A stretch of 63,905 bases of DNA, counting the filler, from Vannella sp. (taxonomy: Eukaryota), in NCBI GenBank assembly GCA_023345925.1. It is 7 parts of 7 records of this genome, joined end to end, with 100 filler letters (N's around TTAATTAATTAA, not from the genome) between each part and the next. Parts side by side here need not be neighbours in the genome. Positions count along the whole stretch, not along the records: positions 51,234 to 59,217 come from JAJQQN010000729.1; positions 59,318 to 63,905 come from JAJQQN010000716.1; 5 more parts are not named here. One strand, given 5' to 3'. A program made the position numbers and the translations under genes. This document shows positions 53,801-63,905 of the stretch, one piece after another. Numbering within the stretch: the stretch's first letter is position 1; the number at the start of each line of letters is the position of its first letter. The notes below the pieces were generated by a model that did not search any database, was not told the DNA's origin, and worked only from the letters and a program-made list of their open reading frames with translations.

Positions 53801-54364
53801 ATGTCCCTCACTCCTGTCAGGTCCATCTTGAAGAACGCTCACCCCAGGTAGGGTTGTTTGGTGGCTACTGTTGATAGCATCTGAGAGGGGACAGCCGCGA
53901 GCTGCTGGAGGGCAAAGGCATTCAGTGGGATGAGGAGAACCTCACGTACAACGAGCAGAACAAGTCTTCTACGATGAAGATTGACGAAGCAGATACACCA
54001 TATCGCTACTCAAGTGGTACGTGTCGTACAGGGACCAGAGGGACAGGGATTCGCGGTCTTAATCTGCTTCAAAGATGGGGAGGACGAGGAGGACGAGGAG
54101 GATGTCGCTACGCAGACCTCTATCAACACCAAACTCAATGCTGCCCTTATGGATATCTCTGAAGATCCTGTGGAGCGACAGACAGTCTCCTTAGCCCTGG
54201 TAGAGGACAAAGAAGGTGAGAGACCTCGCTCCAAGCTCACTTCTGAAGCCTCCAGTCCTCACACATCATCAGAGAAGGAAAGTGAGTTTGCTAGGAAGAG
54301 AAAGCAACACTACAACGAGTTCCAGCGCGTCAAAGAGCACCGGGAGAAGCAGTTTACAGAGTAG
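53801..54364 (+). CDS. Protein phosphatase 1 inhibitor-2 (IPP-2/Glc8), multi-exon
   Basis: SILK, IQWDEENL, MKIDEADTPY, FARKRKQHYNEF. Confidence 0.9.
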
Positions 54365-54385
54365 AGCTCGTGTTAACAAAGAGGT

Positions 54386-57300
54386 TTACTGGATCTGAGC
54401 GAACTTCTTGGCAAGAATCTTGAAGGCCTGATCTCTAGTAGTGTCTAGAGAGGTACCAGTCTCCTTGTCATGGGACAAAGAGCGAGTGAGAGCAACGAGG
54501 AGATCGCCGTCGATCACAAGATCACAATGAGGCGAGTTACCGCGATACTCTTGATGAGAGTTGTTCAATAGAGGTATGGACTTGGTGTGATGGCGTTGAA
54601 CATACTCCAATGCGGCGTGCTCCTCTTGATCCAAGGGGATGAGACAAGTCATCGTCCCAAGGATCCCCAGTAAGACCACAACGGGGCCTCTTTGTCCCGT
54701 TGTACTATCCAACGATAGGTTAGCTATTCTAGCTTGCAAGGGCATCTCGCTCAAGCGGAAGCGGAACTCGCTTTTGAGATCTTCATAGTTAGTACCTCCG
54801 ACTTCGCCATGTTGGAGGCCGTAGATGCTTCCCTCCATAGATGTAACGATAACCCTTGTTGGAGAGAACCGTTCCAATGATGTCACAAGAGTAGACTGGC
54901 GTTCTCGTTGGACCAAAACGAGCTCTGCCGTTGCCATGTTCAAGTGGTACACACAAACACCCACAGAGACGCAGCCCACGATCACTGTATCCACTCCACA
55001 GCACTGTATATCCTTCACTTCGCCTTGAGTAACCGCTTTGGATCCAGGAACTGGCTCCAAGATACCATTTCCCGACACCCGGTACAATTCGATCCCACAG
55101 AGGGCTCGAGCAACTACTAGATGCCTTCCCCATTCGTATGAGAATTGATCTGATAGAAGCTTTGTCCCTGAACTTCCCGCAGCCACCTCCAAGGGCAAGA
55201 AAATGAGCGAGAAGGGAGAAGTTTGAAGTGACTTACTTGCCAGATAGTGGCCTCAGAGCAACCACAGAGAGATCTACTGATGAAAAGGAGTGTCGATGAA
55301 GAACGCATTCGCTGTCTTCTCCTCTTTCGAATTGAAAAAGAAAGATTCCGCCGGAATCGAGACTTTCCGGACTGCTTTTCAGAGAAGCTCCGACCACAAT
55401 CCACGTGCCACTCTCTGCTACCCACAGGCATAGGCAACGTGCTTTGTAATCTTCAAGGTGAGCGGAAGCGAGCAATTTCCCGTGTACTGGATGGTACGCG
55501 AGAAGCCAGTGGTCAGTGATTACCAATAAACAAGCCTCGTTCTCTCTTAATCCAGGTAAGAACTCCATCTTCTTGAATGGGCCACCAAAAGTTCCCTCCT
55601 CTCCACTTTCCAGGACAAACGGGTGGAACCTGAAAGAGTTTGCCCAAGTGGGAGCGAATTGACTTATTTGGAGATCTCCATCCCTTATCAACGCCAATTG
55701 CTCCTCGCCCTTGAACGAAAGGTGCTCTGAAAGCGCTGAAATCTCGGCTCTGTCAATCAGAGACATGTGGAGTACCTCACTCTGAGGCTTCTCGACGCTA
55801 ACTATCAGCCAAGATTGATTGCTTCTTGCAAAGACACTAGGTCGGCCATTGTATACTATGGGCGTTAGTCTAACAGGGAGAATTCCTGCGCGACATCGCT
55901 GTTGAAGAGTCAATGAGAGGGACAAAGGGAACCAATTCTCGTCGAAATCTGTCATAAGTGGGTCTTGAGATTCTTCATCTTGGACTTTTGGTAGTTCTTG
56001 GAGCGAGGCCGTATGCCCAACCTTTGCAGTGAGAATCTCTCCATCTCTGAGTCCAATAAAGAGGGTGTAGTCTACACCAAAGGCAATAAGGCACAAAGAG
56101 TGTATCCGGGATTCCTCTCCAGAAGAGCTCAAAAGGAGAGTTGCTGAAGATTCTAGTTCTGGGGAAAGTAAAGAAATGATTTCAACGCAAGGCTGATAGG
56201 TTCCGACCAACGCAAAGTTTGTAAACGACAAATCTTCCGGTCCAGAGACTCTCTGTGGGTAGCTGCTGAACTTTGATGACGGTAAGGACAAGCAACTTAT
56301 CTCGTAGCTCATTCTCCGTTCGCTAACTTGGACCAATTGAACGCCAATCGAGGATTTAACCACGCGAATGTAAGTCATCCACCATTCATTTCCAGTAGAG
56401 ATGGACAGAAGAACCTCCGAGTCTCTGACATCTGCATGGTTAATGACACTCCCAGAGTGCGATTTCTGACAACTCCATGAAGCGCTGGGATGATCCTTTG
56501 AGGGCGAACTGACGAAAACTCCGGAAGAAATGACTTGGATGAGAGTGCCTTCCTGAGGAACTGAACCAGCTGAGACTGTGGATTGATCTGCTTGAAACTC
56601 GAATTGATTGGTAACGTCTTCCATGTGCTCGTCCTCAGAGACGGCCAAGATCCGACTGGAATGTGTGAAAGAGAGAACGATGAAGCGAGAGCTACCAATC
56701 CTGACAGACCACATTGCCCTTGCCGAAGAGAAGTAGCCATTAGAAGAGCCAGAGGACATGACGTTCTCAAGGTTGACCCCTCCACGGAAGGCGAAAATCT
56801 CTGCTTTGTTGTGGTTCCCCCCGCAGGCATAAATTGACTGGTGGCCATCAGAACATAAGTCCAGGAGTGGGCACCAATTCGGAATCTCATAGAGCAAGTT
56901 AAATTGCCCGGGAACCTCCTCCGAGTCAGTTAAAGTAGTCTGATAGACTTTGCCATCGGATTGCTCCCCAAAAACAAGAAGAAAGTGCCCGCCTCGTACG
57001 ATTTGTAAGGGGCCGGCACTCTCTTCATGAGAAACCAAATGAACCCTCTTCCGAGAGGATTGGAAGTACAAGAGAGTTCCTTCTCCAGTGATTGCAAAAA
57101 AGTCTTTTGGCTTGCTTGGATGAAATTGGATGTGCTCGATGAGTTTTCCAAACTCACTATGACTGAGTCGGTCATTAGCATGTACTTGGTAGCCTTCCTC
57201 TGAACTTAATAGGAAGAATGCACCTTCAGTCAACAATAGGATATCGTTTTGGCTATCAGGAACCACACAGAGGCGGTAAGGTAAATCAGAGACTTGGGAA

Positions 57301-57983
57301 AGATCAACTTCTAGCACAGGAGACCAGTCCAAGTGCGACTGGCTCGACGTCTGGTGGTCCAAAGGGAAGAAGAGTAAAGTGCATTCGCCAGAACTTCGAT
57401 GTACCAAGCAGGAGAGGAGAATGCGATCCCTCTGGGAGATGATCTTCATATCCCAAAGAGACGTGGTGATGCCTGAATGCGCCTTGCCCTTCGACAGCTG
57501 CGTGGTGAGGGGAAGGCGATTTGGGTCAAAGATACCTTGGCTGGTTCGGTGGACTACGATGGAACCGTGCAGAGTACCGCATGCTACAAACTCCCCTTTT
57601 GATGCCAGAAGAGTGTGTGTACCCGAAGAAAGGAAAGGACGAAAGAAATCCAACAAACTGACCGTGATGAAGCGCCCTTCCTCGACGCTGAAGCGGATGA
57701 TCGCTATCCTCCCACTCTTCGATGCTAGAACAGCGGAGACACGTTCTTCTTCCAAAAGGTGATCATCACAGAAGCCATCGAACGGCAGAAACGCTCGAAT
57801 CGAACAAAAAGTGGACTGTCGATGGACCAACACCAAGCAGCCATTCTCCTCGACCCGCACAAGCTCCAGATCGTCTCCCTTTACTAAGATCAAGAAGCTC
57901 CCTTTACATACAACATGAGACACCGCACTGACGCCAGCAAGCGTCCGCGCCATCCACTTCCCGCCCAAGGCGCCCTCCTCCAT
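54386..57983 (-). CDS. DDB1/SF3B3/CPSF160-family triple beta-propeller protein (2 exons)
   Basis: NWCPLLDL...IYACGG...FRGG, IVLSFTHSSRIL, YEISCLSL, LVGTYQPCVEI, LFIGLRDGEI; C-terminal HQEYRG...VIDGDLL. Intron near 55190-55237. Confidence 0.8.
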
Positions 57984-58091
57984 CCCCAAGCGGTCAAAAA
58001 ATGAACATTCAAGGTCCCTGTGAGCTGTTTCAGCTTTACTCTTCGTTGAGGACTTGTCCAGAGTAGGTCCTAAGCAGGAATCGGTTCGTCC

Positions 58092-59217
58092 TCAGAAAGT
58101 GTCTTTTTGTGGGGAACCGAAACGGTGGCGACCGGGCGCCGCCGGCAGTGGCGGACTAAGGCAGAGTTGTACTCGTCAGACTTCTCGTTCATAACGCCAT
58201 GGCCGCAGTCCTCCCAGACGATGAACTCTACCGGGTTCAACATCTGAAAGATTCTGTCAGTTCAAATGATTTGCTCAGAAGCTTTGTTCCAGACCTTTGC
58301 GAGATAGTGACTGGCTTCAGTCTTCACCATAAGGTCCATGGTGCCAGTGCAAATGAGAATTGGGATGCCGGAATCCCGCAACGCAACCAATCTTGCTTTG
58401 CCAACGGAGTGCGTTTGGACGGCAAGTGTTTGCGACCTCATTCCCTGAGGATTGGGTATGGGCAGTGCTTTAGCGGTATCATAAAAGCGCTTGGTGAGAA
58501 CCTCCCTCTGCGTTTTGCCCCCTCCAGCATCTGAATCGAGGAACTTGGGCGTGTACATGACTGGCAAGATCGCTGCGATCTTCTCTTGAGGTGTCTTCGC
58601 AGCAGAGGAAGCGAGGATGCCTTTGACACCTTGGATCTACAACAGTCATTGGCCAATGTCCTGCTTTCGCACCCTTTCGTGCACTTACTGGAGGGAAGGA
58701 CCCAGTGCCACCCGAATGAGTGACTCCCAAGTTGAGCGTCGCTATCCTACGAGGGATAGCGAAGACAATCTCCTGCGAGATCATCCCGCCCATGCTGATG
58801 CCCACCAAATGGATGTTTTCCCACCCGAGATGGTCTACTACGGCGACGGCATCCTTTGCCATCATGCTCGTACTGTCCCCGTATGTTAAGGACCATCCGA
58901 GACCGATGCTCAACGCACGTGTAACGTCCAGAAGGGACGGAACTTCGCCCCACTCCACGGTTGTCGTAGATGCAGATTTGGAAGTCCTTCTCGTTGTCCA
59001 TGATCCAATCCACCTGTGTAGTGGTTAGTGGGAAGGTTAGCTGAGCCAGGCACGTACAGTAGGAAGCCAAGCGATCGCTGAAGTTCCCAAACCCATGACG
59101 AGAAGGATCTTCTCAGGACCCTCTCCGTAGACCTCAAAGTAGATGTCTACGCCTGGCTCAGTGGTAACCTTCCCAGTCCGAGAAGGACAAGCCTTCGACA
59201 GAGATGGACCTGCAAGA
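58092..59217 (-). CDS. Alpha/beta hydrolase (5' truncated, multi-exon)
   Basis: YDNRGVGRSS, HLVGISMGGMISQE (GxSxG), CTGTMDLMV, GHGVMNE. Confidence 0.88.
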
Positions 59218-59317
59218 NNNNNNNNNNNNNNNNNNNNNNNNNNNNNNNNNNNNNNNNNNNNTTAATTAATTAANNNNNNNNNNNNNNNNNNNNNNNNNNN
59301 NNNNNNNNNNNNNNNNN
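59218..59317. other. Artificial contig linker
   Basis: 44N-TTAATTAATTAA-44N. Confidence 0.98.
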
Positions 59318-59968
59318 GGAAGCTCTTCAGCATGGAACTCCTTTTGCGACGTGTTTAGCTTCCTTCCACTTGCTGCAGTGATAGTCAAAGGTAGTTTGAT
59401 CGACCAGTCAAGATAGAATACCTTCTGAGTGGGTTTGCCAGATCTTTTGTGCCCACGGGGGCTTGTCTCCTGCCATCGAGTCCCTGGATCAAATCAATCA
59501 GCTGGATCGGTTCCAATGGATTCCCAATGAAGGTGCCATCAATGACTTGATGCTCTCTGAGCCCAGCGATCAAGCGGGATGGGGCCAATCCTCCCGAGGA
59601 CCTGTTTGCACGTTTGGACAAGTGAGTGTCCCATCACCCAACGGGAGGCCTCTTCTGAATTGATGCCCCAAGGACGTCTCCCGCGAGTTCAACCAGCGAA
59701 ATGGCCTGGACTTGATCTGTCGCTCGCACACTTTGGAGATGGAAGGATTCCGATGGTCCCACGAAAAGAACGTTCTGACTGTCTTCAGTGCACCCAACTA
59801 CTGCGGCAATGTTGGCAACAAAGCTGCTGTCTTGCAGGTTGATGCTGAATCGAATTGTGAGGTGTAAGTGACCTTCTCCCACTCCTTCTTCTCTAACCAA
59901 ATGCCCGCTCTCTGCCATGGCTTCTAAGACTCCAATTCCACTCTCCCTCTAAAAAAGAAGTCAATTAA
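59318..59968 (+). CDS. PPP-family (PP2A/PP4/PP6-like) Ser/Thr phosphatase, 3' part, divergent
   Basis: [52 protein letters not shown]. Confidence 0.88.
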
Positions 59969-60097
59969 TGCGAACTTGGTGCAAAGTCATCAAGTCATCA
60001 GATACTAGTTGGACCAATCAGGTGACGAGAAAGTGGGCGCCACTGATTGTGATTGGCAGAATCGCTCATTCGGTTAGACACCTCCCAAAGCGCAGTG

Positions 60098-62263
60098 ATG
60101 GAAGTCTTCCGCAAGTTTGATGAACCAAGAGGTGCTGTGAGTGTCGAGATCCTTCAGGGCGTCTATGCGCAGATGGGAGCGGACGCGCCATCGAAGGAGG
60201 AGCTGGCGGAGTTCATTGAGAGCGTTTATCAGGAGAGAGAGGTCGCGGAAGAGGCTTCCAAGAGCCTTCCTTCCATTGTTTCTGTACCCATTGGAGATGA
60301 AGGTGATGAAGGTGCACGCCCTCGTCGACGATACAACCACACCGAGTCTCTCCAAACTACTTTCGAGGCGGGTGTGGCCAGTGTGGCTCACCAGGTGGGC
60401 GCCAAGTCCATGTGGGAGATCTTCAACAACACTTTGAACAAGTTCCCTTCAAACAACTTCTACGGCACCTGCTCTGGTCCTGGAAAGCCTTACACGTACG
60501 AGACTTACGCGCAAGTCGCCGAACACGTGAAGAACCTCGCTTCTGGCTTGGTTACTGCGGGTTTGAAGCGACAGCAGTTCGTTGGTGTCATGCTTGACAC
60601 CTCCCCAGAGTGGGGCATCATCGAGTTGGCCTTGTGGCGCCAGGCGATGGTGCCTGTCACCTTGTACAGCACCTACGGACAAGAGGCTATCGGCTACATT
60701 GTCAACCACTCCGAGTTGGAGGTCCTCTTTGTTGGTGGCAAGAGCTTGGACATGCTGGCAGGCATTCTCCCTCGCTGCCCCACCTTAAAGGAGATCATCT
60801 TCGTCGGGGAGGAGGCGGAAGTGGCAAAGGCAGCTATCCCTGAGACTATCAAGGTGTCTTACTATACTTTGGTCGAAGCTCAAGGCAAGGCCACGCCTGT
60901 GGAGGTCTCAGCTCCAGTCCCCGAGGATCTCGCCCTCGTCATTTACACCAGCGGGACGACTGGTAACCCCAAAGGTGTCCTTCACCGCCACTCTGGCCTG
61001 GTAGCCAACTGCGCCGGAACTGTGACGTTGGTGCCCTTCCAGGCCCATGACAGCCATATTGCCTTCTTGCCCATGGCGCACATCATGGAGCAGTTCCTTG
61101 AGTCCATTATCTATGCTGTAGGAGGCTCCATTGGCTTCTGGTCTGGAGGTAGGTCACTCGAGCGCTCTCTTTCCCACTTCAACGTGACTCACTCCTTCCT
61201 TCCAGACATTCGTGCTCTCATGACTGACGTGAGCTCCCTTCGCCCCACCATCTTCATTGGAGTGCCTCGTCTCTTGAACCGCCTTTATGGTTCACTCAGA
61301 GGTGCATTCAACGCTCTTGAAGGGCCCAAGAAGGCCGTTTATGACGCTGCCATTGCCAGTAAGAAGATGTGGCTGGAGAAGGGAGTTTACAAGTCATTCT
61401 ACGACTTGTTCGTCTTCAAAAAGGCAGCTGCAGCATTGGGAGGGCGCTGCACCTTGATTGCCACAGGTTCTGCTCCCATTGACCCCAGCATGCTAGAGTT
61501 CTTCCGAATAGTGTTCAGCTGCCCCGTGCTGGAGGGTTATGGCATGACAGAAGTGTTAATCACGAACCTGACATTCCTTCACCACTCCTCAACCCGCTCT
61601 AATGTGGGCCCGCCCAGCGCTTCCTGCGAGATGAAGCTCGTTGCGGTTCCAGAGATGAACTATCTGACCTCCACCAAGCCCCCTCGAGGTGAGGTGTGCT
61701 TCCGTGGGCCCATGAACATGGTAGAATACTACAAAGACCCTGAAAAGACGGCCGAGGCCATCGATGCTGATGGTTGGTATCATTCCGGTGACATTGGAGA
61801 GCTCTACGAGGACGGAGTTCTGCGCTTGGTGGACCGAATCAAGCACATCTTCAAGCTCTCTCAAGGGGAATACGTGGCACCTGAGAAGCTGGAGCAACTC
61901 TTTGTGCATTCCAAGTATGTTGCTCAAATCTTCATTAACGGCTCCTCCTTGCGCTCTGCGTTAGTGAGCGTGGTCGTGCCTGACCCCGATGCTGCGGCAT
62001 TGGCAATGAAGGAGCTTGGTTTGTCTTCTCAAGAGGAACTCCTCGCCAGTGAAGCCTTCAAGAAGATCGTCCTTGAAGATCTCAATCAAGTTGGGCGCAA
62101 CGCTGGAGCCTTTGGCTTTGAAATCCCTCGGGCAGTGACTCTTGTGGCAACCTCTTTCGAGTCTTTGGACCTCCTCACTCCCACTTTCAAGATGAGACGC
62201 AACGAGGCCCGCCAAGCCTTCGCTGCCGAGTGTGACGCGATGTACGCCTCCATCGACGACTGA
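60098..62263 (+). CDS. Long-chain fatty acyl-CoA synthetase with N-terminal EF-hand-like extension
   Basis: IYTSGTTGNPKGV, FLPMAHIME, EGYGMTE, RGEVCFRGP, YHSGDIG, DRIKHIFKLSQGEYVAPEKLE, LTPTFKMRR; probable in-frame intron at about 61149-61206. Confidence 0.95.
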   Translation: MEVFRKFDEPRGAVSVEILQGVYAQMGADAPSKEELAEFIESVYQEREVAEEASKSLPSIVSVPIGDEGDEGARPRRRYNHTESLQTTFEAGVASVAHQVGAKSMWEIFNNTLNKFPSNNFYGTCSGPGKPYTYETYAQVAEHVKNLASGLVTAGLKRQQFVGVMLDTSPEWGIIELALWRQAMVPVTLYSTYGQEAIGYIVNHSELEVLFVGGKSLDMLAGILPRCPTLKEIIFVGEEAEVAKAAIPETIKVSYYTLVEAQGKATPVEVSAPVPEDLALVIYTSGTTGNPKGVLHRHSGLVANCAGTVTLVPFQAHDSHIAFLPMAHIMEQFLESIIYAVGGSIGFWSGGRSLERSLSHFNVTHSFLPDIRALMTDVSSLRPTIFIGVPRLLNRLYGSLRGAFNALEGPKKAVYDAAIASKKMWLEKGVYKSFYDLFVFKKAAAALGGRCTLIATGSAPIDPSMLEFFRIVFSCPVLEGYGMTEVLITNLTFLHHSSTRSNVGPPSASCEMKLVAVPEMNYLTSTKPPRGEVCFRGPMNMVEYYKDPEKTAEAIDADGWYHSGDIGELYEDGVLRLVDRIKHIFKLSQGEYVAPEKLEQLFVHSKYVAQIFINGSSLRSALVSVVVPDPDAAALAMKELGLSSQEELLASEAFKKIVLEDLNQVGRNAGAFGFEIPRAVTLVATSFESLDLLTPTFKMRRNEARQAFAAECDAMYASIDD

Positions 62264-62284
62264 AGAGACTCCTTTACAATACAT

Positions 62285-63905
62285 TTAATCCACTAACCAA
62301 TACACATGCAAGCTGGCTCTCTCTGATAGGTCCCGCAGCGGTTTGTACGTCAGACACTCGGACCGGCGTCGGTTCGGGCGGAGCAATCGAGTCTCGACGA
62401 GATAAGCTCCTCCGGCCACTGCTCCACCCACAATGATGACAGGAGATAGTAAAACAGTTGCCACTACGGCAACAGCCTTCTTACCCCGGCAGTGGTAAGG
62501 TCCTTCTGAGGCTGGGGCCATACACCGCCAACAAAACTCGTGATTGCACGTCGTACAAGCCACATGGTGACATCCTCCATTCTTTTGGATGATTTCTCCA
62601 CAGCTAGGGCACCCTTTGGTATGCCGCGAGGCCCAGCGCTTGGAGTGGCGGTCTTCCTTGAAAGAGGGAAGGTCCTCGCCTCCTCCTCCTTTTCGGAGCT
62701 GCCTTTTGGCCTTGGCACATGACTTGCCCTGGTGACTGGGGCCACGGCATTTGAGGCAGAAAGGGCGGTTGCAGGTGGTACAGGTGAGCCATTGGTCCCC
62801 TGAGAGAAGCGCACACCCGGAACAATCCAATCTTGGACACCAAACCTCGTTGTTGTGACGCCTCCGGTACCTCTTGTCTTTCACACGAGAGAAGCGGAAG
62901 TAATCCTCTGATGGTAGAATACAAAGAGCGTCAAAGTCACTCAAAGGCAACCCACAAGAGAGTTCTGGACACACTATTTGAGAGGAAGGCGTCCCAGCGT
63001 CCATACAGACTCGTAGATAAGACACAAGACACTGCATGCAGAAGAGATGTCCACACTCTAAGATGGAAGGCTCTGTAATGAGCTCATAACAAATGGAGCA
63101 GTTCGATGAACGCCAATCCTGTGACTGCCATTGTCTCCCGTCTACGGGCTCTGTTTGGCTCTCCTCTGATACCTCAAAGGTTACCTGTGAGATTGGAGCG
63201 ATGGTTCGGGAAGTATGCAGGGGATCTGGTGACTCAGCGGGGAGAGGAGAGCTCAAAAGGAAGAGTTGAGAGATGTTCTGATGAGCTGATTTGGGATGGA
63301 GCGGTCCCCGATGGCTCTCCAGATGTGAGCAATCTTCATCAAAAGAGGCATTTGTGCTGGGTGGAGAGCAGGAAGGAGGGTTCGACAGGATCCCCAGAAG
63401 ATCCGCGAGGACCAACTCCGTCGACTCCTCTTCAGAGATCCAGTCTGCTGTCCTTTCTTCCAAGCTCTCATCATACTCATCATCAGTGTCTTGTTCTTCT
63501 TGAGGGGTATTCAGCGAAGCTGGAGGGAGAGCGCGACAGGAAATGGGGATGTTTTGGTTGTTTCTGTGAGAAAGAGATCCCAGTTGCCCGAATCCATTTG
63601 AGCCAAAGACAAACAGATCTCCTTCGTCTCCATAGATGAGAGAGTGGTTACATCCAGCTACTACTGAGGAAATGGTCGCTTGACACGCCAAGAGAATGGG
63701 TTCAAATTGATTAGCTTCGTTACCCTGGCCCAGTTGTCCGCAGTTACCAAGTCCCCATGTCCAAACGTATCCTCTCTCATCCAAAGCGAGGGTGTGGGAA
63801 GAGCCACAAGAGACATTGCGCATAGGAGAAGGGCAGTTGAGCCGTTGGAACACTCGATTGTCTCCAGTCCTTCCTAATTCACCATTCGAGTTGTTGCCAG
63901 AGGTC
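62285..63905 (-). CDS. RCC1 repeats + RBR E3 ubiquitin ligase (RING1-IBR-RING2) + C-terminal TM; start beyond window
   Basis: VSCGSSHTLALD...WTWGLGNCGQLG; CSICYE...CGHLFCMQC...CPELSC; WCPRLDC...CTTCNRPFCLKC...H...C; KGCPSCGEIIQKNGGCHHVACTTCNHEFCWRC; VATVLLSPVIIVGGAVAGG. Confidence 0.92.
   Translation of the reverse strand, partial: TSGNNSNGELGRTGDNRVFQRLNCPSPMRNVSCGSSHTLALDERGYVWTWGLGNCGQLGQGNEANQFEPILLACQATISSVVAGCNHSLIYGDEGDLFVFGSNGFGQLGSLSHRNNQNIPISCRALPPASLNTPQEEQDTDDEYDESLEERTADWISEEESTELVLADLLGILSNPPSCSPPSTNASFDEDCSHLESHRGPLHPKSAHQNISQLFLLSSPLPAESPDPLHTSRTIAPISQVTFEVSEESQTEPVDGRQWQSQDWRSSNCSICYELITEPSILECGHLFCMQCLVSYLRVCMDAGTPSSQIVCPELSCGLPLSDFDALCILPSEDYFRFSRVKDKRYRRRHNNEVWCPRLDCSGCALLSGDQWLTCTTCNRPFCLKCRGPSHQGKSCAKAKRQLRKGGGGEDLPSFKEDRHSKRWASRHTKGCPSCGEIIQKNGGCHHVACTTCNHEFCWRCMAPASEGPYHCRGKKAVAVVATVLLSPVIIVGGAVAGGAYLVETRLLRPNRRRSECLTYKPLRDLSERASLHVYWLVD

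Overview
This is eukaryotic, gene-dense, short-intron DNA. Introns are about 45-100 nt, GT..AG, with CTRAC/CTCAC branch points. The window is seven contigs joined by six identical artificial 100-nt linkers (44N-TTAATTAATTAA-44N), so synteny only counts within a contig. An ABP34-like actin bundler, a CPRas1-type vWA module and TipD/ATG16 suggest an amoebozoan protist (inference). Most of the roughly 30 genes are housekeeping or trafficking genes. The standout is at 33533-35985, where the ORF track finds nothing useful. It holds a small ankyrin-repeat gene whose three constant exons are separated by two arrays of 15 and 8 micro-exons, each exactly 3 nt (one sense codon, phase 0) with its own branch point, AG acceptor and GT donor. 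The arrays sit at the ankyrin beta-hairpin, a ligand-binding loop, so any skipping pattern stays in frame. This looks like a splice-encoded combinatorial (DARPin-like) binder library, possibly prenylated through a C-terminal CaaX. Other unusual items: a SERAC1-like hydrolase fused to a bacterial-type dynamin-like GTPase, an actin fused to a Zn-finger/vWA module, an RCC1-RBR E3 ligase, a decayed mucin-GPS (HL/TNFALL) receptor, a RhoGAP-like protein lacking the arginine finger, and an interstitial (CCCTAAA)3 telomere-type repeat.
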